Positions 19,334 to 30,170 of a stretch of DNA of 39,497 nt are shown here, one piece after another (within the stretch, counting starts at the first letter, position 1; each line of letters begins with the position of its first letter). This stretch comes from Polaromonas sp. (GTDB lineage: Bacteria; Pseudomonadota; Gammaproteobacteria; Burkholderiales; Burkholderiaceae_C). The notes below the pieces were generated by a model. That model was not told where the DNA came from. It ran no database searches and saw only the letters and a program-made list of their open reading frames with translations. A program made the position numbers and the translations under genes. The stretch is taken from positions 1-39,497 of the forward strand of contig DASXRN010000091.1 of NCBI GenBank assembly GCA_036506595.1, in the 5' to 3' direction.

Positions 19334-22114
19334 TCAATCGACTGGCGTGAAGATGGCGCCCCAAAGCTGTTGAATCGCCTCGCGCTCGGCCTGCAGTGCC
19401 GGCGGGGTGACCTGTGTCGGCTCTTCGTTGAGGCGCGCGCGATGCTGCACGCGCCTGAGTTCACGGTAAGCGCTGGCAGCGCGCTGGCCCACGCCGGGGG
19501 GCAGCAGGCCGGCTGCCTCGGCGCGCTGCAGCAGGGCGATGTTGCCGACGTTGTGAACCAGTTCCGGGTGCTGTGCCGACTGCGAGAGCACCAGAAACTG
19601 CACCGCAAATTCGGCGTCCACCATGCCGCCCGCGCTGTGCTTGACATCGAATTTTTCGCTTTTGACAGGACGGGCGATGCGCACTTTTTCGCGCATGGCG
19701 ACGATCTCGTTGCGCAATGCCAGTACGTCACGCGGTGCGCTGATCACCGCTTCACGGATTTCGTCGAAGCGCTGGCGTAACGATGGGTCGCCCAATACGC
19801 AGCGCGCACGCGTCATGGCCTGGTGTTCCCAGGTCCAGGCGGTGTTACTGCCGCGCTGCTGCTGGTAGGCGGCGTAGGCGTCAAAGCTGGTGACCAGCAG
19901 GCCGGAGTTGCCATTGGGACGCAAGGCGGTGTCGATCTCGAACAGGTCGCCCTCGCCGGTCTTGATGGTCAGCCAGTTGATGAGTTTGCGCACGAAGGCC
20001 GCATACAGCTCGGGGGCCTGCTCGTGCTCGTCTTCGTAGACAAACACGATGTCCAGGTCGCTGCCGTAACCCAGTTCCTTGCCGCCGAGCTTGCCGTAGG
20101 CAATGATGGCGAACTGGGGTGTTTCGCGGTGTTTGTTCTTGAGGCGCTGCCAGCACCAGTCAGCGGTGACGCACAGAACGACTTCGGCCAGTGCGCTCAA
20201 ATCGTCGGCCACCTGCTCGACCGTCAGCACGCCTTCGACGTCGCGTGCCAGGGTGCGAAAAACCTCGGCGTGGTGGGCGCGGCGCAGCAGGTTCAGGCAG
20301 GCTTCCTCGTCATCTTCACCGGTGCGCTTGAGGGCGGCCAGCCGTTGCTGCAATTCCCTGGTGAAGGCCACGCCGTCAAAACGCTCGTGCAGCAGCTCAT
20401 CGCTGGCGAGCTCGTCAATCACGCCCGGATGCTGGAACAGGTAGCGGGCCGGCCATTTGGCGGCCCCCAGCAGCCGCAGCAGCCGTTCATGCACCGCCGG
20501 ACGCTCCAGCAGCAGTGCCAGATAGCTTTCGCGCCTGAGCAGCGGCTCTATCCAGTCAATGATGCGCACGGCAGCCTCTTCGGTCACCGTGCCTTCACTG
20601 AGCCATTGCGCGGTGCGTTGCACCAGCCGTGTCAGGCGGGCACGCGAGTCTTCGCGCAAGGCCAGCAGCCTGGGGTGCTGGCGCCACAGTGCCAGGCGGG
20701 CGCGAAATTGCGTCGGCCATTGTTCTGACAACTGTTCGAGCAGCTCGTCGAGTTGCTGCGGCGCTGAACCGTTGCTTCCGGCGGCCTTGCCGCAGCCCTT
20801 GCAGTCGGTTTTTCCGCCCAGCAGCTTGTCGAACTCTTGAGCGACCAGCTCGCGGTGCGCGTCCAGTTCGCTGAGAAAGGGGCAGCAGTTGCTGTAACCC
20901 AGGGTGTGCGCAATCCAGGCCAGGTCGTCGTCGCGGGTGGGCAAGACATGGGTTTGCTGGTCGTCCAGGTACTGGATGCGGTGCTCCACCCGCCGCAAAA
21001 AGTCATAGGCCCGTGCCAGCGCATCGGCGGTGTCCTGGGGCATCAAGCCCGCATGGGCGACGCGTTGCAGGGCATCGACGGTGGGGCGGGTGCGCAGCTC
21101 GGGGAATTGCCCGCCACGCACCACCTGCAGCAGTTGCACGGTAAATTCAATTTCGCGTATGCCGCCGCGCGACATCTTCACGTCGTTGGCGCGCTCGGGG
21201 TGGCCCGCACAGCGCTTGGCCGCATGTTCGCGAATTTGCCGGTGCAAAATGCGCAGCGCATCAAACACGTTGTAGTCGAGGTAGCGCCTGAAGACAAAAG
21301 GCAGCACGGGGCCGCGCAAGGCCTGGGCCGAGCCGCTCTGGATGCATTCCAGCGGCGCCACCACCCGGCTCTTGAGCCAGGCAAAGCGCTCCCATTCGCG
21401 TCCCTGGGCCTGGAAATATTCTTCCAGCGCGCTGAGCGAAATGGCCGCCGGCCCGGAGTTGCCATTGGGCCGCAGCGCGAGATCAACCCGAAACACAAAG
21501 CCGTGTTCGGTGGCATCGCCGATCAGGCTGAAAACCGCCTTGACCTGGTGCGCGAAGTATTCGTGATTGGAGATCTGGCCGCGGCCATCGCTGCGGCCTG
21601 CGGTTTCGCCGGCCTGGTCATAGACATAAATCAGGTCAATGTCGCTGGACACATTGAGTTCGCGCGCGCCAAGCTTGCCCATGCCCACCACCCACATGCG
21701 GGCGCGTCCGCCGTCTTCGCCGCCCTCGGCCTGCGGCGCACCATACAAGGCGTCCAGCGTCTCGGCGGAGTGGCGCATGGCCACATCGAGTGCCAGTTCG
21801 GCCAGCTCCGTCATGGCCCGGGTCACAACGACCAGCGGCGCCTGGTGTTCACAGGCGCCGTCGCAATCGAGCGTCACCAGCCGCTCCATGACCAGCTGGC
21901 GCAGCACGCGAAGTGCCGCACCTGTTTCCAGACCGGTGGCGAGGAGGGCATCCAGGGCCAGCTGCATGCTGGCACGCACCGGTGCGCCGGCGGGCAACAG
22001 GTGCAGCTGTTCTGCATAGCGGCGGCGAATCCGCTGAACAAAGCGGGAATAACCCGACGCAGTCGGCGCCAAGGGCGGTTGGGTGCCTGGGCAGGCAGGA
22101 AAAGCAACGGTCAT
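19334..22114 (-). CDS. glnE: Bifunctional glutamine synthetase adenylyltransferase/deadenylylase
   Basis: Duplicated NTase motifs GMGKLGARELNVSSDIDL and AYGKLGGKELGYGSDLD. Confidence 0.96.
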   Translation of the reverse strand: MTVAFPACPGTQPPLAPTASGYSRFVQRIRRRYAEQLHLLPAGAPVRASMQLALDALLATGLETGAALRVLRQLVMERLVTLDCDGACEHQAPLVVVTRAMTELAELALDVAMRHSAETLDALYGAPQAEGGEDGGRARMWVVGMGKLGARELNVSSDIDLIYVYDQAGETAGRSDGRGQISNHEYFAHQVKAVFSLIGDATEHGFVFRVDLALRPNGNSGPAAISLSALEEYFQAQGREWERFAWLKSRVVAPLECIQSGSAQALRGPVLPFVFRRYLDYNVFDALRILHRQIREHAAKRCAGHPERANDVKMSRGGIREIEFTVQLLQVVRGGQFPELRTRPTVDALQRVAHAGLMPQDTADALARAYDFLRRVEHRIQYLDDQQTHVLPTRDDDLAWIAHTLGYSNCCPFLSELDAHRELVAQEFDKLLGGKTDCKGCGKAAGSNGSAPQQLDELLEQLSEQWPTQFRARLALWRQHPRLLALREDSRARLTRLVQRTAQWLSEGTVTEEAAVRIIDWIEPLLRRESYLALLLERPAVHERLLRLLGAAKWPARYLFQHPGVIDELASDELLHERFDGVAFTRELQQRLAALKRTGEDDEEACLNLLRRAHHAEVFRTLARDVEGVLTVEQVADDLSALAEVVLCVTADWCWQRLKNKHRETPQFAIIAYGKLGGKELGYGSDLDIVFVYEDEHEQAPELYAAFVRKLINWLTIKTGEGDLFEIDTALRPNGNSGLLVTSFDAYAAYQQQRGSNTAWTWEHQAMTRARCVLGDPSLRQRFDEIREAVISAPRDVLALRNEIVAMREKVRIARPVKSEKFDVKHSAGGMVDAEFAVQFLVLSQSAQHPELVHNVGNIALLQRAEAAGLLPPGVGQRAASAYRELRRVQHRARLNEEPTQVTPPALQAEREAIQQLWGAIFTPVD

Positions 22115-22187
22115 CACACTACTTCACAAAACTTCATGGGTTTACACCGGGCGAACCACAGCGCTGGCGGTCATAATTCTCAGGTTA

Positions 22188-25100
22188 ATGGAGCCAACCA
22201 TTCCCTCTGCGTCATCCAACCCGTCCGCCTTGCCGTCCCGGCGCCTGCGGGCAATTGCTTCTGTCATGCGTTTCCTGCTGTGGCTGGTGGTGACGGCCTG
22301 GCTGCTCTTTGGCCTGGGCTGGTTCGTGCTGCATGGCTGGATTGTGCCGCGAATCGGGGAATTTCGTCCCCGGCTTGAGATAGAGGCCAGCAAGGCCCTG
22401 GGGGTGCCCGTCCGCATTGGCCGCATCAGCGCGCATTCGCAGGGCCTGATCCCTTCCTTTGAGCTGAACAACGTGACGCTGCTGGACGCGCAGGGGCGCG
22501 AAGCCCTGCGCTTGCCGCGCGTTCTGGGTGCCCTGTCGCCCTCTTCGCTCCTGGGCCTGGGCTTTGAGCAGCTGTATATCGACAAGCCCGAGCTCGACAT
22601 CCGGCGCGCTGTCGATGGAAAAATCTATGTGGGCGGGCTCGACGTCTCGCAGGGCCGGGGCGTTGGCCACAGTGCGGTGGCCGACTGGTTTTTTTCGCAG
22701 GCCGAATTCGTCATACGCGGCGGCACCGTGCGCTGGACCGACACGTTGCGCCAGGCCCCGCCGCTGGCACTGACACAGGTGGACTTTGTTCTGCGCAATG
22801 CGCACCGCCGCCACCTGATGCGCCTGGATGCCACACCACCCGCTGAATGGGGTGACCGTTTCACGCTCAGGGGCATTTTCAGGCAGTCGCTGTTGTCGGG
22901 CAAGGCCGGTGACTTTGCCGGATGGACCGGGCAGCTGTATGCCGAATTTGGCCGGGCCGACATGTCCCGCATCAAGCAATACGCCAGCCTGGATTCGCTG
23001 GGCGTCGAGCTGATACAGGGCAACGGTGCGCTGCGTGGCTGGGCGGATGTCAGCAAGGGGCAGCTCACAGGCGGCACGGCCGATGTGGCACTGCAGGACG
23101 TAGAAGCCAGGTTCGGCAGCAAGCTGGCGCCGCTGGCATTCGATGCCGTGGCGGGGCGCATAGGGGGTGGGCAACGTGCCAACGGCTTTGACTTCAACAC
23201 CGAGGGCCTGCGCTTTCGCACCCGGGACGGCCTGCAGTGGCCGGGCGGCAATGTGGTGCTGGCACACACCCACGCTGAAGGACGCGCGCCGCAACACAGC
23301 GAACTCAAGGCCGACAAGCTGGATCTTGCCGCGCTGGCCCAGATCGCCAACCGCCTGCCGCTGGACAGTAGCGCGCACGCGCTCATCGACTCCTTCGCGC
23401 CCAAGGGATTGGTGGAAATTGTCGAGGCTCGCTGGCAGGGCCCGCTGGATGCGCCCACCACTTTTGCGGCAAAAGGCCGCGTGGCGGGACTGAGCGTGGC
23501 GGCCCTGGCTGCGCCCTCTGTGAGCACGGGCGGTGTCACGCACGAAACACCCGGCCGGCCGGGCGTCAGCGGCGCTGCCATTGACTTTGACCTCACGCAC
23601 GAGGGCGGCCAGGCGAAAGTGAAAATACTCAATGGCGGGCTGGACCTGCCGGGGGTCTTCGAGGAATCGCAGCTTGCGCTGGGTCAGTTGTCGGTGGAGG
23701 CGAGCTGGAAGTTTTCAGGCCGCAAAATTGAAGCGAAATTGCGCAACCTGCAGTTTGCCAATGCCGACGCGCAGGGCGATGCGCAAGTGAGTTGGCGCAC
23801 CGAAGAGGTGGCCCCAGACCCCGCTGGGCGCGCTGGCGCACCTGATCGCCGCTTCCCCGGCGTGCTGGATTTGCAGGGCAGCCTGAGCCGGGGCGATGGC
23901 ACCAAGGTTCATCGCTATTTGCCCCTGGTGTTGCCGGAGCCGGTGCGCCACTATGTGCGTGATGCGGTGCTGCAGGGCCAGGTCAGCGACGTGAAGTTCA
24001 AGGTCAAGGGGCCTGTCGATCACATCCCGTTCATCCATGCGGCTCAGGGAGAGTTCCGCGTGTCGGCCAAGGTGCAAAACGGGCAATTTGCCTATGTGCC
24101 GAAATCCATACAGCCGAATAACGCGGCGCCCTGGCCAGCCCTGACCGATCTCGATGGTGAGCTGGTCTTTAACCGTGCGTCACTGGAAATCAACGGGGCC
24201 AGCGCCAAAGTGGCTGGTTTGCCAGGACTGGAACTGGTCAAGGCCGATGCGCGAATCCCTGATTTGACCCGCGCTGCCACCGTTGAGGTGGGGCTTGAGC
24301 TGAAAGGCGCGCTGGCCGACGCGCTGGGCTTTGTCAACACCTCACCCGTGGGCGGCATGACCAACCAGGTGCTGGCCAAGGCCGTGGCCAGCGGTACCGG
24401 TGACTACCGCTTCCGCCTGAAGTTGCCCATCCATTCCATCGACAAATCGCGGGTGGAAGGCACCATCACCCTGCCCGGCAATGACGTGCAGTTCGCGCCG
24501 GCCACGCCCCAGCTGACCAAACTCAAGGGCGTGGTGACCGTGAACGAACGCGGCTTCACGGTCACGGGCGCCCAGGCGCACCTGTTGGGCGGTGACATGC
24601 GTTTTGACGGCGGCACGCGCACTACGGCCCGTCCGGCGGCGGGCCGCTCGCCTGATCCGGAGCGGGAAACCAGCGTTGCCTTCAAGGCCCAGGGCACACT
24701 CACGGCAGAAGGGCTGCGCCAGGCCCAGGACTTGGGCCTTGTCGCCCGCATGGCGCAAAACGCCAGCGGCAGCACCGCCTACGCGGCCTCGCTGGGCTTC
24801 AGGCGCGGGGTGGCCGAACTCATGATCTCCAGTAGCTTGCAAGGCCTGGCCCTGAATTTGCCAGCCCCGCTGAGTAAAACGGCCGACTCGGCATTGCCGC
24901 TGCGGTTTGAGAATGTGCTGTTAGCGGGCACCATGGGGCCGGGGCAGCCGTTGCAGGACCAGCTGTCGCTCAGCATAGGCCGCGTGGCCGCCATCAACTA
25001 TGTGCGTGACATGAGTGGTGCCGAGCCCCGCGTGATCCGGGGCGCCATAGCGGTGGGGCTGGAGGACGGTGAAACCGTGTCCGTACAGGAAGCGGGCGTG

Positions 25101-26459
25101 GCGGCCAACATCAAGCTGGCCCAGGTGGATCTTGATGCCTGGGAAAAAATCCTCAGCGCCTCGCCGGAGGGCGGCGCGCCGGCAAGCGCAGCTGCTGCGA
25201 CTTCTGCCGGGGCCGTGAACCGCGCCGCCGCGAGTGCGGCGCTCACTTACCTGCCCACGGTGATGGCGATACGGGCCAAGGAACTGCGGGTGGAGGGGCG
25301 CAGGCTGAACAATGTGGTGGTGGGCGGATCGCGTGAAGGTTTGAACTGGCGCGCCAATATCGATGCCTCCGAGCTCAATGGCTATGTTGAGTTTCGCCAG
25401 CCCGGCGGCATTGGTGCCGGTCGTGTTTACGCGCGGCTTTCACGTCTGAGCCTGGCGCCAGGCAATGCCAGCGATGTGGAAGCCATTTTGAACGAGCAGC
25501 CCGCCAGCATTCCGGCGCTTGACATCGTGGTGGAAGACATGGAGCTGCGCGGCAAGAAGCTGGGGCGCGTTGAAATTGATGCGGTCAACCGCGGTGCTTC
25601 TGCCGCAGCCCGCGACGGCCTTCGCGAGTGGCGCTTGAACAAGTTCAATGTGATCCTGCCCGAAGCCACGCTGACGGCAACGGGCAATTGGGTAGCGGTA
25701 AATACGCAGACCGCAGGCGCTTCTTCTACTACTTCTTCTTCTGCGGCCGGCGGGTCACGTGCCGCGCTGGCATATGCCGAGCGCCGCCGCACTGTGATGA
25801 ACTTCAAGCTCGACATCGCCGACTCGGGCGAATTGCTCAAGCGCTTTGGCATGGGCGAGCTGATTCGCCGCGGCAAGGGCAAGCTTGAAGGGCAGGTGGC
25901 ATGGATTGGTTCCCCCCTGAGCCTGGACTACCCGACCCTGAGCGGGCAGTTCAACGTCAACGTCGAGTCGGGACAGTTTGTCAAGGCCGACCCGGGGATC
26001 GCCAAGCTGCTGGGCGTGCTCAGCCTGCAGTCCTTGCCCAGGCGGCTGACGCTGGATTTTCGTGATGTGTTTTCCGAGGGCTTTGCCTTTGACTTTGTGC
26101 GCGGTGATGTCAACATCAACCAGGGGCTGGCGCATACCAACAACCTGCAGATGCGCGGTGTGAACGCCGCCGTGCTCATGGAAGGCAGTGCCGACATTGC
26201 CCGTGAAACGCAAAACATCAAGGTGGTGGTGGTGCCCGAAATCAATGCCGGAACGGCCTCGCTGATAGCCACGGCCATCAATCCGGCCATCGGCCTGGGC
26301 AGCTTCCTTGCACAAATGTTTTTGCGCCGCCCCCTGATGCAGGCCGCCACGCAGGAGTTCCAGATTGACGGCACCTGGGCTGAGCCGAAAATTACCAAAA
26401 TCGAGCGCAAGGCTGCGGCCGACAGCAAGACGGGCGACACTTCCACGGAGACACGCTGA
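22188..26459 (+). CDS. yhdP: YhdP (AsmA-like) intermembrane lipid-transfer protein
   Basis: N-terminal TM, ~1420 aa beta-rich body, C-terminal LPRRLTLDFRDVFSEGFAFD; divergent from glnE. Confidence 0.92.
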   Translation: MEPTIPSASSNPSALPSRRLRAIASVMRFLLWLVVTAWLLFGLGWFVLHGWIVPRIGEFRPRLEIEASKALGVPVRIGRISAHSQGLIPSFELNNVTLLDAQGREALRLPRVLGALSPSSLLGLGFEQLYIDKPELDIRRAVDGKIYVGGLDVSQGRGVGHSAVADWFFSQAEFVIRGGTVRWTDTLRQAPPLALTQVDFVLRNAHRRHLMRLDATPPAEWGDRFTLRGIFRQSLLSGKAGDFAGWTGQLYAEFGRADMSRIKQYASLDSLGVELIQGNGALRGWADVSKGQLTGGTADVALQDVEARFGSKLAPLAFDAVAGRIGGGQRANGFDFNTEGLRFRTRDGLQWPGGNVVLAHTHAEGRAPQHSELKADKLDLAALAQIANRLPLDSSAHALIDSFAPKGLVEIVEARWQGPLDAPTTFAAKGRVAGLSVAALAAPSVSTGGVTHETPGRPGVSGAAIDFDLTHEGGQAKVKILNGGLDLPGVFEESQLALGQLSVEASWKFSGRKIEAKLRNLQFANADAQGDAQVSWRTEEVAPDPAGRAGAPDRRFPGVLDLQGSLSRGDGTKVHRYLPLVLPEPVRHYVRDAVLQGQVSDVKFKVKGPVDHIPFIHAAQGEFRVSAKVQNGQFAYVPKSIQPNNAAPWPALTDLDGELVFNRASLEINGASAKVAGLPGLELVKADARIPDLTRAATVEVGLELKGALADALGFVNTSPVGGMTNQVLAKAVASGTGDYRFRLKLPIHSIDKSRVEGTITLPGNDVQFAPATPQLTKLKGVVTVNERGFTVTGAQAHLLGGDMRFDGGTRTTARPAAGRSPDPERETSVAFKAQGTLTAEGLRQAQDLGLVARMAQNASGSTAYAASLGFRRGVAELMISSSLQGLALNLPAPLSKTADSALPLRFENVLLAGTMGPGQPLQDQLSLSIGRVAAINYVRDMSGAEPRVIRGAIAVGLEDGETVSVQEAGVAANIKLAQVDLDAWEKILSASPEGGAPASAAAATSAGAVNRAAASAALTYLPTVMAIRAKELRVEGRRLNNVVVGGSREGLNWRANIDASELNGYVEFRQPGGIGAGRVYARLSRLSLAPGNASDVEAILNEQPASIPALDIVVEDMELRGKKLGRVEIDAVNRGASAAARDGLREWRLNKFNVILPEATLTATGNWVAVNTQTAGASSTTSSSAAGGSRAALAYAERRRTVMNFKLDIADSGELLKRFGMGELIRRGKGKLEGQVAWIGSPLSLDYPTLSGQFNVNVESGQFVKADPGIAKLLGVLSLQSLPRRLTLDFRDVFSEGFAFDFVRGDVNINQGLAHTNNLQMRGVNAAVLMEGSADIARETQNIKVVVVPEINAGTASLIATAINPAIGLGSFLAQMFLRRPLMQAATQEFQIDGTWAEPKITKIERKAAADSKTGDTSTETR

Positions 26460-26461
26460 GC

Positions 26462-27268
26462 ATGAAAATCGCTGCTATTCAGATGGTTTCAGGTGTTGGC
26501 GTGCAGGCCAATCTGGAGGTTGCCGCGCAGTGGCTGGCGCAGGCCGCCGCACAAGGTGCCGAACTGGCGGTGCTGCCCGAGTATTTTTGCGTCATGGGCT
26601 TGAAGGACACGGATAAATTGCAGCTTCAGGAGACCGCCGGCCAGGGCCTGATCCAGGACTTCCTGAGTCATTCGGCGCGCGAACTGGGGCTCTGGCTTGT
26701 CGGCGGCACGCTGCCGATGGCGACCGCGGATGCCAGTCGTGCACGCAACAGTTCGCTGGCCTACGCACCCTCGGGCCAGTGCGTGGCGCGCTACGACAAG
26801 ATGCACCTGTTCAGGTTTGCGCAAGGCCAGGAAGACTACGATGAAACCCGCGTGCTCGAGCCGGGCACGCAGCCCGTCAGTTTTGAGCTGGCGTCACGGG
26901 ATGGCCATGTGTACAGCATCGGCATGAGCGTTTGCTACGACCTGCGTTTCCCGGAGCTTTACCGTGCCCTGAAGGCCGACGTGTTGCTGGTGCCCAGTGC
27001 CTTCACCTACACCACCGGCGAGGCGCATTGGGAGGTGCTGCTGCGGGCACGCGCCATCGAGAACCTGGCCTATGTGGTCGCGGCCGCCCAGGGCGGCGTG
27101 CACGAAAATGCGCGCCGCACCTGGGGCCACAGCATGGTGGTGGATCCTTGGGGCCAGGTGCTGGCACAGCATGCCGAAGGCGCCGGGCTGGTCATGGCCG
27201 AAGTGTCAGCCAGCCAGCTTCGGGCCGTGCGTGCTCGCCTGCCGGCGCTTGCCCACCGCGTGCTGTGA
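26462..27268 (+). CDS. Carbon-nitrogen hydrolase (Nit1-like amidase)
   Basis: E-K-C triad: LPEYF, YDKMHLF, VCYDLRFPE. Confidence 0.93.
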   Translation: MKIAAIQMVSGVGVQANLEVAAQWLAQAAAQGAELAVLPEYFCVMGLKDTDKLQLQETAGQGLIQDFLSHSARELGLWLVGGTLPMATADASRARNSSLAYAPSGQCVARYDKMHLFRFAQGQEDYDETRVLEPGTQPVSFELASRDGHVYSIGMSVCYDLRFPELYRALKADVLLVPSAFTYTTGEAHWEVLLRARAIENLAYVVAAAQGGVHENARRTWGHSMVVDPWGQVLAQHAEGAGLVMAEVSASQLRAVRARLPALAHRVL

Positions 27269-27278
27269 GGCTATTGGC

Positions 27279-29420
27279 GTGAAATTCCCCCGTGTGACCG
27301 GCGTCAGCTGGGCCAGCCGGCGCTGGTCTCTCTGGATCTTGCTGATGGCGCTGGTGCTGGCCTTGCTGGTGATGCTGGTCTGGCTGGCCGGACGCTATGA
27401 GTCCAGCCAGGTGCAAGGCCGGCTGGAGCACGACGCTGCGGAAACCGTGACCGACATCCGTTCCGGGCTGACCCGCAACATCCAGACTTTCCAGGCCTTG
27501 CAGTCCGGTGAGCGCAAGCCCGACAGCTGGCGTTCGCTGGCTGCCGAGCTGCTGCGCGAGCACCGCGAAATCATGCGGCTGGAGTGGCGCAGCGAGGCGC
27601 TGGAAGTGCTCGGATTTGTCGAGACCCCCTTCCGCAACTCGGTGTTCGAGCGGCTGGGGCGGGGGAACATGCAGGCCGATGTGGGCCTGACTTGCAGCAC
27701 CGCGCGCCGCCTGAGCGGGGCGGCCTATTCCACCAGTTACTTCATGCCCCAGTCCGATGGCTTGGGCCTGGAGGTGCTGGACATGTGCATGCCGATTGTG
27801 GTGGCGGGTCGTCTGGCGGGTTTCACCGTGGCCACCTATTCCTTGCAGGACATCCTGGGCGAACTGGTGGGCCGGCAACTCGCCCGTGGCGTGGGCCTGT
27901 CGTTCACGGAAGCCGATGGCACGCGCCTGGCGCTGCATGGCGTGCCTTCGCGCGGCAGCCGTGTTTACATCGCGCAGCAACTGCTGGACCTGCCGGGCAA
28001 CACGCTGGTCGTCCGGATGGAAAGCCGGCTGGGCACCCCGGCGCTGTTTCCCAATGTCCTGACGGCGCTGGTTGCCGCCCTGTCCCTGGCCTTGCTGGCC
28101 GTGCTTTTTTTGCTGGCCCGCGACATGCGGCGGCGCCAGAAGGTGGAGCACGATCTGGGTGAAGCGCTCGCGTTTCGCAAAGCCATGGAAGACTCGGTGT
28201 TGACGGGCTTGCGCGCGCGCGATCTGCAGGGACGCATCACCTATGTCAATCCGGCGTTTTGCAAGATGGTGGGCGTGGATGCCAGTGACTTGCTCAATCA
28301 GAGCTTCCCTTCGCCTTATTGGCCGCCGGAGTTGGCGGGCATGTACCAGCAGCGCCAGGAAATTCGCCTGGCGGGCAACAGCCTGCCGCGTGAGGGCCAT
28401 GAGTCGGTTTTCATGCGACGCGACGGCACGCGGTTTCCGGTGCTGATCATGGAAGCGCCGCTGATCAACGCGGTGGGCAAGCACACCGGCTGGGTGAGCG
28501 CGATTCTGGATGTCAGCGAGCAGCGCCGGATTGAAGAACTCTCGCGTGCCAGCCAGGAGCGCCTGCAGGCCACCGCGAGGCTGGCCATGGTGGGTGAAAT
28601 GGCGTCCCTGCTCAGCCACGAACTCAACCAGCCGCTGGCGGCGATTTCGAGTTATGCCACCGGCTCGCTCAATCTGTTGCAGCATGAAATGGAGCTTGCG
28701 GCCAAGGCGTCTTCGGGCCAGTCGGATCAGGGCTCTCCGGTGCCGCCGCTGTCTGAAGAATTGCAGCTGGCCATGCGCCGCATCGCCGAGCAGGCCGAGC
28801 GTGCCGGCAAGGTGATCAAGAGCGTGCACGATGTGGTGCGGCGGCGCGAGCGGGTGCGCGAGGCGGTGCCGCCCCGTGCCCTGCTCGACGCGATCATGCC
28901 GCTGGTCAGCCTGCAGGCGCGCAAGCTCGGCGTGCGCGTGGCGGTCGAACTGGACGAAGCCTGCGAGCCTGTGCTGTGCGACCGCACCATGGTCGAGCAG
29001 GTGCTGCTCAACCTTTCGCGCAACGGCATGCAGGCCATGCAAGGCATCGATGAAATGCCGGCCTCAGAGCGTTCCTCTGGGCGCGCATCGGGCCAGCGCG
29101 AAAAATTGCTGACACTGCGCATCCGGCCGGCGGCCTCCAATGTGCATCGGCGCTGGGTGGAATTTGCGGTGGTGGATTGCGGGGAAGGCATTTCGCAGGA
29201 AGTGGCCGAGCAGCTCTTCACGCCCTTTTTCACCACCAAGGTCGAAGGCATGGGCCTGGGCCTCAACCTGTGCCGCACCGTGGTAGAACAGCACGGCGGA
29301 TTCCTGGGTTTTGAAGCCGTCCAGCCACACGGTACGGTTTTCAGTTTTACCCTGCCGGTGGCGGTGGCACGGGATGCCCAGGACGCCCAGTATGCTCAAG
29401 ACGAGCAGCCCATGATCTAA
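27279..29420 (+). CDS. Membrane PAS sensor histidine kinase (FixL/DctS-like)
   Basis: Two TM segments, PAS (ITYVNPAFC), H-box LSHELNQPL, N/G boxes EQVLLNL and GMGLGL; GTG start. Confidence 0.93.
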   Translation: MKFPRVTGVSWASRRWSLWILLMALVLALLVMLVWLAGRYESSQVQGRLEHDAAETVTDIRSGLTRNIQTFQALQSGERKPDSWRSLAAELLREHREIMRLEWRSEALEVLGFVETPFRNSVFERLGRGNMQADVGLTCSTARRLSGAAYSTSYFMPQSDGLGLEVLDMCMPIVVAGRLAGFTVATYSLQDILGELVGRQLARGVGLSFTEADGTRLALHGVPSRGSRVYIAQQLLDLPGNTLVVRMESRLGTPALFPNVLTALVAALSLALLAVLFLLARDMRRRQKVEHDLGEALAFRKAMEDSVLTGLRARDLQGRITYVNPAFCKMVGVDASDLLNQSFPSPYWPPELAGMYQQRQEIRLAGNSLPREGHESVFMRRDGTRFPVLIMEAPLINAVGKHTGWVSAILDVSEQRRIEELSRASQERLQATARLAMVGEMASLLSHELNQPLAAISSYATGSLNLLQHEMELAAKASSGQSDQGSPVPPLSEELQLAMRRIAEQAERAGKVIKSVHDVVRRRERVREAVPPRALLDAIMPLVSLQARKLGVRVAVELDEACEPVLCDRTMVEQVLLNLSRNGMQAMQGIDEMPASERSSGRASGQREKLLTLRIRPAASNVHRRWVEFAVVDCGEGISQEVAEQLFTPFFTTKVEGMGLGLNLCRTVVEQHGGFLGFEAVQPHGTVFSFTLPVAVARDAQDAQYAQDEQPMI

Positions 29421-29533
29421 TTCCATTTCTGATTCGAGGTGAGATTAGGCGCACCGCCGCAGACAGTGCTGTAACGGCCAAGGCGGGGCAACGACATATC
29501 GCATTGAAGTGGAAATGGAATAAGGAATAGTGC

Positions 29534-30160
29534 ATGGAACCGATTCAGAATGCCACGGTGTACATCGTTGACGATGATGCCAGCGTGCGGGAGGCGCTGG
29601 CCTGGCTGCTGCGCTCACGCCGTCTGCTCAGCGAGAGCTTTGACAGTGCCGAGGCCTTTGATGCCCGGGTGTCGCAGCAGTTTGCGGTCCAGTCGCCTTC
29701 CTGCGTGTTGCTTGATGTGCGGATGGCGGGCCTAAGCGGGCTGGCCATGTTCGAGAAGCTGATTGCCTACGGCCTGCTGCCGACCTTGCCGGTGATTTTC
29801 CTGACCGGCCATGCCGATGTGCCCACGGCGGTCGATGCCGTCAAGCGCGGCGCCTTTGATTTTTGTGAAAAGCCGTTTTCAGACAATGCGCTGGTGGACC
29901 GGATCGAGCAGGCGCTGGGCGCTTCCGCTGCGGCGCTGGCCCAGCATGGCGAGTCGACCAGCCTGCAGGCGCGCCTCGATGGCCTGACCGAGCGCGAGCG
30001 CGATGTGATGCGGCTGGTGGTGGGCGGCCTGCCCAACAAGCTGGTCGCCGACCAGCTCGACATCAGCGTGCGGACGGTGGAGGTCCACCGGGCCCGGGTT
30101 TTTGACAAAATGGGGGTCAAGTCGGCGGTAGAGTTGGCCAACTTGCTACGAAATTTGTAG
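29534..30160 (+). CDS. FixJ/LuxR-family response regulator
   Basis: IVDDD, LLDVRM, FLTGHAD, and HTH LTERERDV...TVEVHRARV. Confidence 0.95.
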   Translation: MEPIQNATVYIVDDDASVREALAWLLRSRRLLSESFDSAEAFDARVSQQFAVQSPSCVLLDVRMAGLSGLAMFEKLIAYGLLPTLPVIFLTGHADVPTAVDAVKRGAFDFCEKPFSDNALVDRIEQALGASAAALAQHGESTSLQARLDGLTERERDVMRLVVGGLPNKLVADQLDISVRTVEVHRARVFDKMGVKSAVELANLLRNL

Positions 30161-30170
30161 CCGGCCGCGG

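Noticed and set aside
29373-29408. Degenerate 9-bp tandem repeat (DAQDAQYAQDEQ) at the kinase C-terminus
   Set aside because: Short low-complexity tail with no evident function.
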